Part shown: piece after piece, positions 53,413 to 62,243 of the stretch
Numbering within the stretch: the stretch's first letter is position 1
Layout of the letters: every line of letters starts with the position of its first letter
Virus record (IMG/VR): IMGVR_UViG_3300045988_131126
DNA: 64,000 nt
Reading direction: 5' to 3' (one strand)
From: a virus
Notes under the pieces: generated by a model
What the model was told of the DNA's origin: nothing
The model's database searches: none
Seen by the model: the letters and a program-made list of their open reading frames with translations, nothing else
Translations under genes and position numbers: made by a program

Positions 53413-53475
53413 AAAATGGCTTGTTAAAGTTATGATTCTAAAAATAAAGATTATGAATTTAAGGAGGACAATATC

Positions 53476-53946
53476 ATGTCATTATTTGATACAGGTTCTG
53501 AAAAGATTACTTTAGAAAATACATTTGATGAAGATCAGAAAGATTTAGTTATTGAAGCTCTTATTTATGACGAAGTTTCTCATCTTCCTCAAGAGAAAAT
53601 TGAAGAGTTCTGTAAACCGAATGGAGTTGGAGAAGAACTTGTTATGGAAGGTAAGATCTCTAAGAAAACTATTGTACGTCTTAATAGACAGGACGACCTT
53701 GCTAGACGTAAAAAGATTATGGCTCTTAATCTTGCTAAAGAAGCTAATGATCCATTATATGCTAAATCTGTTATGTTTCGCCAGAAACAGAAAGAATATG
53801 TAGCAAAGATTATGCAGAAATATGGAAATAAAGCTGAGAGACTTGCTAAGCAGGCTCAGCAGGAATTCTTACATCCTGCATCTGATAAGAAAGTTCTTCC
53901 AGCATCCTTTATGAAAGCTGGCGGAGCTGAACGTGTTGGCCAATAA
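53476..53946 (+). CDS. Hypothetical protein, probably abundant late protein (156 aa)
   Basis: ORF track. AAGGAGG SD. AACA-N6-TA at 53401-53412. GC-richer codons. A terminator lies downstream. Confidence 0.75.
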   Translation: MSLFDTGSEKITLENTFDEDQKDLVIEALIYDEVSHLPQEKIEEFCKPNGVGEELVMEGKISKKTIVRLNRQDDLARRKKIMALNLAKEANDPLYAKSVMFRQKQKEYVAKIMQKYGNKAERLAKQAQQEFLHPASDKKVLPASFMKAGGAERVGQ

Positions 53947-54010
53947 TTAATATAAACATATAAGTAATTCTGATAAGTAAAATACCTTCAATAATAATCA
54001 ACGAAAGATA

Positions 54011-54059
54011 TGAGAGTAAGTGGATTAATTTCCACTTACTCTCATTATTTGTTTTATTG
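54011..54059 (+). terminator. Intrinsic terminator after 53476-53946
   Basis: atgagagtaagtgga / tccacttactctcat followed by a T-rich tract. Confidence 0.7.
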
Positions 54060-54149
54060 ATATATTATAAAAATAATTAAGTTATAGGATTTTGAAAAAT
54101 ACATACAGTTCTACAACTTAATAAGTATAAATAGGGAGGATTAGAACTT

Positions 54150-56357
54150 ATGGACGAATTATTTAATGATCTTTTAAATCCGGAGCCATTTATATCAAAG
54201 ATTCAATCTCGATTTAATGAGATACAACCTTTGATAATTGATGATCTGACGCACTATGAAAATTATGGTGAATATGTACCGCTAGTTAATACTGGAGCGA
54301 TCAGTATTAACACTTCTAATTTGAGTAAAGAGAATATTGATTCTCATTTTACTTGGATTTATAATATCATTGCTGATGGCATTGAGCAGAAAAAAGTTCA
54401 TGATATGATAGTATATATTACATTTATGGATAATGTACAAATTAGATTATCTATATTTGATTATATGCTTAATCTTATTATGTGGAAACTACCTTTGCAA
54501 GCCGGAGATTCTTTAACAAGTAATTTCCTATTCTTTGATGATTGCATCACGCAGGATTCTATCAAAGATTATATTGATTTTAAATTCATTGATATTCACA
54601 GAAGAGATTTTAATAACTGTGATATGAATCAAATGATTGATGAGACAATATACAAATTTATGTATATTGATGACTTTGCTTATTATCTTATCAATACTAT
54701 CAATGAAAAAGATACTATTGATTTAATGAAGAAGTCCCAAGTAGCATGGGATACATTGCATTTTTCTACGGTACAATATCCGTTGGAAGACAAGAAAGAT
54801 GCTGCTATGGATATGACAAACAAATTAATTGCAGTAATAAAAGCACCTGATTCTGAGCATTGTTTAAGGGATTCGTTCAGAGCTAGAGAAGGTGTTAACC
54901 CAAAACAGTTCAGGGAAATGATTTGCAATATTGCAACTAAACCCGATGGTAATGGAAGTATCTTTAGTATCGACCTCGATACAAACTATATGCAAGAGGG
55001 TGTAGCAAAACCTGAATATTATACTATTGATAGTAGTGCAGCAAGACAAGCACAGATCTTAAATAAAGAGAATGTAGGACAATCTGGAGCATTTTCTAGA
55101 AAATTAAGATTAAATAATATGCACGCTAAAATTCATCCAAACCCAAAATACGTTTGTAATTCAAAAAGATTCTTGCCAATATTTATTAAAGATATGAAAG
55201 TATTAGTAAGATTCAAAAACAGATATTTCAGATTTAATCCAAAAGGAATGGAGTATAAAGTATCTCCACATCCAGAAAGAGATAATGTAAATCTTATAGG
55301 AAAGACTTTATATTTTAGATCTCCGGAAACATGTGCTTCACATGCTAGAGGAGAAGGGATTTGTTATAGATGCTATGGGGATTTGGCATATACGAATGCA
55401 GATATTAACCCAGGATGTATGGCATCAGAGTTATTGTCTTCTGTATTAACCCAGCGATTATTGTCTGCTAAGCACTTATTAGAGACAAATGTAAAAGCAT
55501 TAAACTGGGTTCCGGAATTCAAAGATATTTTTGCTGTAAACTGGAATATGATTATGATTATGGATGATTTCATTCCAAAGAAATGGAAACTTATTATATC
55601 ATCAGATGATATTTATCAGGAATCAGAATATGATGAGTTTGATTATAACTCATGCATAACTACTTTCAATGTAATGGATCCTGATGGAAATACCATTCTT
55701 ATCAAAACAGAGGATTTAGACAACTTATATATTTCTCCAGAGTTAAGAAAAGTAATGGATAATCAGAAACTTGTAGATGATCAGTATATAATCGATTTCT
55801 CTGATATTATGGGGATTCATTTATTTATGGTCAATATTACAAATAATGGATTATCTGCAACTCTTGAACGATGCAAAGCTACTCTTGATAAACAAGCTAT
55901 TATTAAAGAGTATAAAAATGATATCGGATTATTTACACAAGGATTTATCAATACTATTATTGAGGGTGGACTTGATACAGATGCAGTTCATTGTGAAGTA
56001 CTTATATCAAATCAGTTACGTAGAGTCACAGACGATTTAGGAGATTCTATGTTACAACCTGAGTGGGAATATCCAAATGAACCATACAAGATCGTAACTC
56101 TTGATACAGCGTTAAAAGAGAACCCAAGTATCACTACATCATTGAATTATCAGTATATACAGAAACAGTTATTCAAACCAATTACATTTAAGAAAAATAA
56201 ACCTGGTATGATGGATTTATTCTTTATGGAAAAACCACAAGAATATATGAATGTAGAATTGGATTATAACCCGAAATTCAAAGATGACGTTGATGATGCA
56301 ATTGATGGATTTATTAATCCTATTTATCACGTAGATGAAAATGGTAATAAATTATAA
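54150..56357 (+). CDS. RNA polymerase beta-prime subunit, C-terminal half (phage multisubunit RNAP)
   Basis: SAARQAQILNKENVGQSGAFSRKLRL (compare [27 protein letters not shown]). RSPETCASHARGEGICYRCYGDLAYTNADINPGCMASELLSSVLTQRLLSAKH (compare RSxxTCxxxxGVCxxCYGRDLAxGxxVxxGEAVGxIAAQSIGEPGTQLTMRTFH). Confidence 0.8.
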   Translation: MDELFNDLLNPEPFISKIQSRFNEIQPLIIDDLTHYENYGEYVPLVNTGAISINTSNLSKENIDSHFTWIYNIIADGIEQKKVHDMIVYITFMDNVQIRLSIFDYMLNLIMWKLPLQAGDSLTSNFLFFDDCITQDSIKDYIDFKFIDIHRRDFNNCDMNQMIDETIYKFMYIDDFAYYLINTINEKDTIDLMKKSQVAWDTLHFSTVQYPLEDKKDAAMDMTNKLIAVIKAPDSEHCLRDSFRAREGVNPKQFREMICNIATKPDGNGSIFSIDLDTNYMQEGVAKPEYYTIDSSAARQAQILNKENVGQSGAFSRKLRLNNMHAKIHPNPKYVCNSKRFLPIFIKDMKVLVRFKNRYFRFNPKGMEYKVSPHPERDNVNLIGKTLYFRSPETCASHARGEGICYRCYGDLAYTNADINPGCMASELLSSVLTQRLLSAKHLLETNVKALNWVPEFKDIFAVNWNMIMIMDDFIPKKWKLIISSDDIYQESEYDEFDYNSCITTFNVMDPDGNTILIKTEDLDNLYISPELRKVMDNQKLVDDQYIIDFSDIMGIHLFMVNITNNGLSATLERCKATLDKQAIIKEYKNDIGLFTQGFINTIIEGGLDTDAVHCEVLISNQLRRVTDDLGDSMLQPEWEYPNEPYKIVTLDTALKENPSITTSLNYQYIQKQLFKPITFKKNKPGMMDLFFMEKPQEYMNVELDYNPKFKDDVDDAIDGFINPIYHVDENGNKL

Positions 56358-56366
56358 TTAAATATT

Positions 56367-56395
56367 GTCTCACTAGTATATCATACTAGTGAGAC
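56367..56395 (+). terminator. Hairpin after the beta-prime C-terminal-half gene
   Basis: gtctcactagtat / atactagtgagac. Confidence 0.55.
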
Positions 56396-56422
56396 TTTAA
56401 TCTAGAAAGGAGAATTTAATTT

Positions 56423-57442
56423 ATGAGCAACGTATCTATGTTTTTATTTAATGATGATGAGGAAATGAAACCTAAACCATCAGAAATTAAACGTTTACAG
56501 GAAGGTAGTGTGAAATGTATTGAAAAGAAGAAAGAACCATATGTAGAAGGAATGATCTTCGTATTACAAATGGATAGAGAGATTGATAAAGATAAGCATT
56601 GCATTATATCTCCAGGAGGATATGAGTTTAAATCCAGTAAAAGTGAAAAATCTTTACAGTTTGATTTCTTTGACTATGCAGGATATATAGATTCAAATGA
56701 TAAGACAAAGATATTATTTGAAACTGAAGTATTAGACAGACAGTCTTTTCCAGGAACTATAGATAAATTAAATAAATCATTTTGTGAAGATATAAACGAA
56801 ATTACAGAATTTTATGTTTATACTGGAGAAGATGAAGATCCAGAACTAAACTTATCTAAAATTATAGACATAAGTTTATTATTTACAGATGGTACTAAAA
56901 TTGATATCAAAGAAGAAGTTATAAATAAATACAACGAAAAGATTACTAAAACTAAAGAAAAGAAGAAGATGCCGATGATTAATAGATTATCGAGCATGTC
57001 TTTAACATTAAAATTTAAAAATCTTCCAGATGATATTATGTATAAATCTTTAAGTGAAAGTAAATCTATAACTATATTTGACATAATACAATTATCATCA
57101 TCAAGATTAGGAAAATCTGCAAAGTTTGCATTCTGTGGAGAGGTGGAAAATCATTTCTTCGAGCATGACAAATCCATATTAATAGAAAAGCAGAATTATT
57201 TGGATAATAGTGCATTCTATGATGACATAGATATACTTACAGAAGATTTTATCAAATCGGTTGATGTAATAAATTATATATCCTTCGATGATGTATTATT
57301 AATGCCGAATCTTCCGATACAGTCTATTCTTACAATTAAATATGAATTCGAAAATGGCGATGAATACTACGCAAATGATTATGTAATAGACGAGTTCAAT
57401 AGAAGAATTAAAGAAAATATGAACTTAATCCATATTAATTAA
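56423..57442 (+). CDS. Hypothetical protein (339 aa)
   Basis: ORF track. AAAGGAG SD. Confidence 0.75.
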   Translation: MSNVSMFLFNDDEEMKPKPSEIKRLQEGSVKCIEKKKEPYVEGMIFVLQMDREIDKDKHCIISPGGYEFKSSKSEKSLQFDFFDYAGYIDSNDKTKILFETEVLDRQSFPGTIDKLNKSFCEDINEITEFYVYTGEDEDPELNLSKIIDISLLFTDGTKIDIKEEVINKYNEKITKTKEKKKMPMINRLSSMSLTLKFKNLPDDIMYKSLSESKSITIFDIIQLSSSRLGKSAKFAFCGEVENHFFEHDKSILIEKQNYLDNSAFYDDIDILTEDFIKSVDVINYISFDDVLLMPNLPIQSILTIKYEFENGDEYYANDYVIDEFNRRIKENMNLIHIN

Positions 57443-57461
57443 TAAAAGGAGAATGATTACA

Positions 57462-58106
57462 ATGAAAAGCAATGAAAATAAAGAAATTTGTAGCAAATGT
57501 AGAGGAATTTGTTGTAGAAACATGCCGGGACAATACGTCCCGGATGATCTCTTTGATCATGAAATGACGAAAGAAGAGTTGAAGAAATTTATATTAGAAG
57601 TTGGGAATATATCTATAGACTGCTGGGAGCCAGATGAAGAATCAGGTTACGAATCATATTATTATTTAAGACCAATGAGAAGAAAATTAACTCTTGAAGA
57701 AGCAAAGCAAAATGTAATAACGATAGACGAGAAGGATCCTGATAATTTATCATTAGAAGATAAAGAGAAAATAGCAGAAGTGTGGGCAAATATACTCAGT
57801 TATTCGATCAAGAATTTCAGAAATCAGGATCTTACGGTTGATTATGGATATAACGAAGTTGCACTAGTATGCTGTCATTTAACCGAAAATGGGTGTGATT
57901 TAAAGTTTGATAAAAGGCCTACCAATTGCAAAGAATTAATCCCAGCAAGAGATACGGAATGCTATATAGAAGGATTATCCGAAAATGATTCAGCGAAATT
58001 ATATTATGCTAAGAAATGGGAGAAATATAATGATATGCTGAATGATATAGCAAATGAAATTGAATTCGGAAAAGACTATAAAGAATATATTGGAGAGGAA
58101 GAATAA
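57462..58106 (+). CDS. YkgJ-type CxxCxxxCC zinc/iron-chelating domain protein
   Basis: CSKCRGICCRNMPG near the N-terminus and VCCHLTENGCDLKFDKRPTNCKEL later, as in the UPF0153/YkgJ family. I moved the start from 57453 to ATG 57462 for SD spacing. Confidence 0.55.
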   Translation: MKSNENKEICSKCRGICCRNMPGQYVPDDLFDHEMTKEELKKFILEVGNISIDCWEPDEESGYESYYYLRPMRRKLTLEEAKQNVITIDEKDPDNLSLEDKEKIAEVWANILSYSIKNFRNQDLTVDYGYNEVALVCCHLTENGCDLKFDKRPTNCKELIPARDTECYIEGLSENDSAKLYYAKKWEKYNDMLNDIANEIEFGKDYKEYIGEEE

Positions 58107-58107
58107 T

Positions 58108-58455
58108 ATGATACAGGTATTTCCTAAAGATGAAAATGTAAATATGAATCTAGAAGTTCCTACATTTGTAAATACTAGGAAAAATGATTACATATTATCT
58201 AAGAAATATACTAAAGAAAAGGAGGGTCTTACAATGAAAAGACTCAATAAGAAAATCGAAACTATAAACAATATTATTCTGGCAGTTGCCATTGCCGGAA
58301 TAATATTCTGGCTCCTTGGAGATGGCCTTTTTGGTCATCTCGGAGGACTTATAGTTACTATTATAGTAACTATAAGCATTTCCTTATTGACAGTAAGGAA
58401 ACTTCAATTGAAGAATAAGAAACTTCAATTGAAGTTAATGAAAGCAAGACGATAA
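58108..58455 (+). CDS. Small membrane protein with two TM helices and a basic tail (holin-like topology; function unproven)
   Basis: ORF-track frame 58054..58455. ATG 58108 follows GGAGAGG. The internal ATG 58234 has a very strong AAGGAGGG SD. TM segments IILAVAIAGIIFWLL and LGGLIVTIIVTISISLL. Confidence 0.6.
   Translation: MIQVFPKDENVNMNLEVPTFVNTRKNDYILSKKYTKEKEGLTMKRLNKKIETINNIILAVAIAGIIFWLLGDGLFGHLGGLIVTIIVTISISLLTVRKLQLKNKKLQLKLMKARR
58398..58434. repeat. Two copies of GAAACTTCAATTGAAG, each containing the 12-bp palindrome CTTCAATTGAAG, 21 bp centre to centre
   Basis: Copies at 58398-58413 and 58419-58434, inside the 3' end of the membrane-protein gene. Confidence 0.9.
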
Positions 58456-58472
58456 GTCTTGCTTTCTTTTTT
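58441..58472 (+). terminator. Intrinsic terminator; first module of an early cassette
   Basis: aaagcaagac / gtcttgcttt followed by cttttttt. Confidence 0.75.
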
Positions 58473-58506
58473 CTACGATACTCGTAAAATCGTTTTTTTT
58501 TGAGTG

Positions 58507-58525
58507 TATATTATTATAGTGATAA
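58507..58525 (+). promoter_or_regulatory. Early-type promoter word (tatattattatagtgataa)
   Basis: Inside the modular cassette 58441-58574. Confidence 0.55.
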
Positions 58526-58574
58526 ATAATAATAAATCCTACTTTTAAAATAAGTAGGTAGAAAGAGGTATAAT

Positions 58575-58802
58575 ATGTGGAATTTATTTGGCATAGATGA
58601 TTTTTTAACAGACCAATTTTCTGAGGAGGCTTCTGCATTATTAGAAGACCCTCAGGAAGGGGATTTAGAAAAACTAAAAGATATTTTTAAGAAATATTCC
58701 TGCAACGCTATGTGGTGGGAGATAAAACCGGTGTATGACCGGTATTATTCTGAGATTGAATATAAGCTCAGAAAAATAAAAAATAAATTAGAAGAAAGCT
58801 AG
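58575..58802 (+). CDS. Hypothetical small protein (75 aa) in an early cassette
   Basis: ORF track. The conserved TAGAAAGAGG block lies upstream. Confidence 0.7.
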   Translation: MWNLFGIDDFLTDQFSEEASALLEDPQEGDLEKLKDIFKKYSCNAMWWEIKPVYDRYYSEIEYKLRKIKNKLEES

Positions 58803-58820
58803 TAATGCTAGCTTTCTTCT
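58790..58820 (+). terminator. Hairpin after 58575-58802
   Basis: agaagaaagctag / ctagctttcttct. Confidence 0.6.
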
Positions 58821-58854
58821 AATTATACTAATTTACGTATACTCTTTATTTTTT
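58818..58854 (+). repeat. 37-bp direct repeat, copy 1 (tctaattatacTaatttacGtatactctttatttttt)
   Basis: Matches 59090-59126 with 2 mismatches. Confidence 0.9.
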
Positions 58855-58904
58855 CTACGATACTATGGCAAAATTGTATTTGTAATATCTTTATTTTTTA
58901 ATTA

Positions 58905-58923
58905 TATATTATTATAGTGATAA
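58905..58923 (+). promoter_or_regulatory. Early-type promoter word (tatattattatagtgataa), identical to 58507-58525, with no ORF downstream
   Basis: Inside the ORF-less cassette upstream of the terminase gene. Confidence 0.5.
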
Positions 58924-59089
58924 GAATAGAAAATCTATATCTTATCCGGTAGTATGTCCGAAACATACATAAAAGGAAAGAGCACTTCATAGTGCTCATT
59001 ATATTACTTTACTTTATTAAGGCGGGCTTAGGTTGCGATCTTTTTGGTCGTAACCTAGGCTCAAAATCAAATAATAATATTTTATTTTT
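58924..59089 (+). ncRNA. Candidate structured non-coding RNA downstream of an orphan early promoter
   Basis: There is no SD-preceded ORF. Hairpin gagcact-tcat-agtgctc lies at 58980-58997. A 15-bp stem at 59026-59040 / 59046-59060 has three G-U pairs that form only in the plus-strand transcript. Confidence 0.35.
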
Positions 59090-59126
59090 TCTAATTATAC
59101 CAATTTACATATACTCTTTATTTTTT
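59090..59126 (+). repeat. 37-bp direct repeat, copy 2
   Basis: Matches 58818-58854 with 2 mismatches. Confidence 0.9.
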
Positions 59127-59132
59127 GTCTAA

Positions 59133-59144
59133 AACAACACTGTA
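59133..59144 (+). promoter_or_regulatory. Late-type promoter word (aacaacactgta) upstream of the terminase gene
   Basis: 26 nt upstream of TTG 59170. Confidence 0.4.
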
Positions 59145-59169
59145 ATATTGATTGAGGAGATGATGTAAA

Positions 59170-61386
59170 TTGGTAATACCTGCTGAGAAACAACAAGTAC
59201 AACCTATTACTATATATTATCAGACATCTACTACTAATCAAAGTTTCATGGATATGCATTTTCAATTAAAACAACAAGGACGTGTTAATAATAGATTTTT
59301 CCTTGCATTATACGATAGAGACTTGATAGGAGTAGATCCAAGGGATCCTAGACTTCCACAATATATGAAAGCTAAAGTGCTTAATGAATGTGCACATAAC
59401 TATTGGTATTTTATTAGAGAAGTAATACGTATTCCAGATCAAGGTGGTGCTGCTAACTCTGGTGTAAGGTACAAATTACATAGAGGAAACTTAGCATTAT
59501 CTTTTTGCTTATTAAATAACTGGAATATTTTTTTGGAATTACCTCGTCAGCATGGTAAAACCATGGCTGCGTTATGTTGGTATTTATGGGTATTTAACTT
59601 TAGAACTACCAACTCAGAAATTATGTTTATGAATAAGAAACATGATGACTCTAAAATGAACTTACAGAGATTAAAGATACTTAGAGCTGCTCTTCCTACA
59701 TATTTACAATTTGCAAATCAATATGGTAAAGATGGTACAAAATTAAGAGCATCTAATACATTAGAGACAATTACTCATATTATAAATAATAACAAGATTA
59801 CTACTAAACCTAGTGCTAGAAGTAAGACTATAGCTAATAACCTTGGTCGTGGTTGTACTATGCCTATGCATTGGTATGACGAGTATGCATTTATTGTATA
59901 CAATAAGATCATATATCAAGCTGCTACTCCTGCATACAAGACAGCATCAGAAAATGCTAAAAAGAACCATGCACCATATGGTATTCTTATAACAACAACA
60001 CCTGGCGATTTAAGTACCGATGAAGGAATGGATGCTTATGAAACAAGAAACTCTGCTACGCCATTCCTGGAAGAATTCTATGATTATACTCCACAGCAAT
60101 TAAAAGAAGTTGCTGAAGCTAATACGGATTCTTCTTTCTTTTATATAAGATTTACTTATCAACAATTAGGTTCTTCCGAACAGTACTTCAAAGAAATGGT
60201 TCGAGATCTTAAGAAAGATTGGGCTGCTATCAGACGTGAAGTTTTACTTGAGTGGTCTCTTACATCTGATAATTCTCCATTTGATCCTAATGACCTTGAG
60301 CTTATTGCTACTATGGTAAGAGAACCTATTAGAAGAATAGTATTAAGAAAAGGATTCGCTATTGATCTTTATAAACAAATAGAAGATCCTCATTATCCTC
60401 CTATTATAGGTGTCGACGTTTCTGGTGGTTATAGTAGGGACTCTTCTGCTGTAACTATTATAGATAGCAAGACTACAGATGTGGTAGGAGACTTTAACTG
60501 TAACTATATATCTACTAATGATTTGGCTCATTTACTGTATGAATTAGTAGTTAAGTTTATGCCTAATGCTATAGTAAATGTAGAGCGAAATGGTGGTTTT
60601 GGTGCTTCTGTATTATCAACACTAAAAGAAACCAAAATAAAACGTAATCTATATTATGAAATCAAAGATAGAATATTCGAGGAACGAACGTTTGGTGGAA
60701 TGAATCAAACTATAAAACATACTCAGAAATGTAAAGTATACGGATTCGATGAAACAAAGAATAGTCGAGATCTGTTAATGCAGATATTAAGAGAAAGGGT
60801 AGATAACCATAAATCTAAATTCTTATCTCCTAAGATATTAGCAGAATTACGTACATTGGAATATAAGAAGAATGGTAGAATTGAGCATACTGCTCAAGGA
60901 CACGATGACCAGATATTCTCTTATCTAATGGCTATGTATGTATGGTATGAAGGAAAAGAACTTACTGAAAGATATGGTTTACAGAAAGTAACTATACATA
61001 CGGATGAAGATGATGAAGATAGAATTGATATTGATAATAACTATACAGATATATCTGAAGCTATTAATGAAGAATCTGATATGGTTCAAGAGCAATTAGA
61101 TGTACTATCTTCTAATAAAGCTATACTATATGATGAATGGAGAGCGCAAGAAAAAGCTAAAGACCAAGAAGCTGTAAATAGGTTATTACAGACTAAAGTT
61201 GGTCAGCAAGCTTATATCGAAAAATATCATATAGATCCAGATGATCTTCCGATATTAGGGCAAGCCTATTCTATTCCACAGGATGTATTTGATGATTATT
61301 ATGATGATTTTCAAGTAGATCCATTAACTAAACAAAAGTTAGTAGAAGAAGAAAGATTAAGTAAAATATATAGTATGAAATATTAA
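59170..61386 (+). CDS. terL: Terminase large subunit, T4 gp17-like
   Basis: LPRQHGKTMAA (compare gp17 SRQLGKT, Walker A), MHWYDEYAF (Walker B, DE), ILITTTPGD (coupling motif). Nuclease part: IGVDVSGGYSRDSSAV, NVERNGGFG, GHDDQIFS. TTG start after GAGGAG, so the start is uncertain. Confidence 0.85.
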   Translation: MVIPAEKQQVQPITIYYQTSTTNQSFMDMHFQLKQQGRVNNRFFLALYDRDLIGVDPRDPRLPQYMKAKVLNECAHNYWYFIREVIRIPDQGGAANSGVRYKLHRGNLALSFCLLNNWNIFLELPRQHGKTMAALCWYLWVFNFRTTNSEIMFMNKKHDDSKMNLQRLKILRAALPTYLQFANQYGKDGTKLRASNTLETITHIINNNKITTKPSARSKTIANNLGRGCTMPMHWYDEYAFIVYNKIIYQAATPAYKTASENAKKNHAPYGILITTTPGDLSTDEGMDAYETRNSATPFLEEFYDYTPQQLKEVAEANTDSSFFYIRFTYQQLGSSEQYFKEMVRDLKKDWAAIRREVLLEWSLTSDNSPFDPNDLELIATMVREPIRRIVLRKGFAIDLYKQIEDPHYPPIIGVDVSGGYSRDSSAVTIIDSKTTDVVGDFNCNYISTNDLAHLLYELVVKFMPNAIVNVERNGGFGASVLSTLKETKIKRNLYYEIKDRIFEERTFGGMNQTIKHTQKCKVYGFDETKNSRDLLMQILRERVDNHKSKFLSPKILAELRTLEYKKNGRIEHTAQGHDDQIFSYLMAMYVWYEGKELTERYGLQKVTIHTDEDDEDRIDIDNNYTDISEAINEESDMVQEQLDVLSSNKAILYDEWRAQEKAKDQEAVNRLLQTKVGQQAYIEKYHIDPDDLPILGQAYSIPQDVFDDYYDDFQVDPLTKQKLVEEERLSKIYSMKY

Positions 61387-61390
61387 AATA

Positions 61391-61420
61391 TACCCCATAG
61401 ATATTAATATCTATGGGGTA
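61391..61420 (+). terminator. Hairpin after the terminase gene
   Basis: taccccatagata / tatctatggggta. Confidence 0.6.
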
Positions 61421-61478
61421 ATTATTTATGGATAATTAAACCATATTATAATTTAAAATAGATAAGGAGAGAAAATCT

Positions 61479-62243
61479 ATGGGAAGTAAAATAGGGTTAT
61501 GCACCATTTATAAAAGCGATAGCGGTTATAATAGAGAAACCGCAACTTGGTATACAAGTTCCGAACCGAAATTTGTATTATTCGAGCTATTACTAAATAA
61601 TTATTGTGCAATAATGGTAGAAGATAAAAAAACATTAGAAAAACCGATCAACTATACTTATCGATTATTAACAGTAGAACACGCCGAATTATATAAACTT
61701 GCAATCTCAGCAGCCTCTGATATACATGGTATATTGAAATATAATGGGTATTTTAAAAAAGAAGCTGAAGATGCAAAAATGAATGGAATATCTAATGGAG
61801 ATAAAAGAAAAATGATGAATGAAATATGGAAAGAACTTGATATTGTAAATGTCAATTCTTCTATATATGATTTAGCAGTCGATCAAAAAGTATCTATACT
61901 TGCAAAAGGTGAATCTGGTATGCATTTATATTTGTACAATAGCGCTATTAAAGATATTTTAAATTCTGATTTCTGCGCAAAAATAGCCGGAATATATAGT
62001 GAAACATATGACTTGGGATATATTTCTGATATTGATGATTTGAAAAAAGAATTGGGCCAGTATGCCAAAGAAGTATTATGTCCCATAGACGATTATATAA
62101 GAGTAATATCATCTTCAATAGATCAAATCAAAGACGCTTTAAATGAAGATAATAAAAAAGAATTTTTAGAGAAAGTAAAATTAATTATGAATTTACCTGA
62201 AAACTTTTTGGAGGAATATAAAGATGGCGTTCAAGAGCAATAG
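61479..62243 (+). CDS. Hypothetical protein (254 aa)
   Basis: ORF track. AAGGAGAG SD. Confidence 0.75.
   Translation: MGSKIGLCTIYKSDSGYNRETATWYTSSEPKFVLFELLLNNYCAIMVEDKKTLEKPINYTYRLLTVEHAELYKLAISAASDIHGILKYNGYFKKEAEDAKMNGISNGDKRKMMNEIWKELDIVNVNSSIYDLAVDQKVSILAKGESGMHLYLYNSAIKDILNSDFCAKIAGIYSETYDLGYISDIDDLKKELGQYAKEVLCPIDDYIRVISSSIDQIKDALNEDNKKEFLEKVKLIMNLPENFLEEYKDGVQEQ

Noticed and set aside
58925-59089. A tRNA or tmRNA-like gene in the structured region upstream of the terminase gene.
   Set aside because: No cloverleaf can be drawn. There is no acceptor stem with a T-arm GTTC-type loop. The hairpins are consecutive simple stem-loops.
43772-59127. The recurring CTACGATAC / GTAATATCTTTATTTTTT / TATATTATTATAGTGATAA units as a CRISPR-like or satellite repeat array.
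   Set aside because: The copies are kilobases apart. Each sits in its own intergenic region, in a fixed order with a terminator, SD and gene. There is no regular repeat-spacer periodicity and no cas genes.
58992-59132. A GTG-initiated 46-codon hydrophobic ORF (VLIILLYFIKAGLGCDLFGRNLGSKSNNNILFFLIIPIYIYSLFFV) as the product of the ORF-less cassette.
   Set aside because: It runs through T-rich repeat and terminator-like sequence, which by itself yields F/L/I-rich frames. The start is a GTG after an atypical SD. The G-U-containing stem argues for RNA-level function. It is kept as the stated alternative in the finding.
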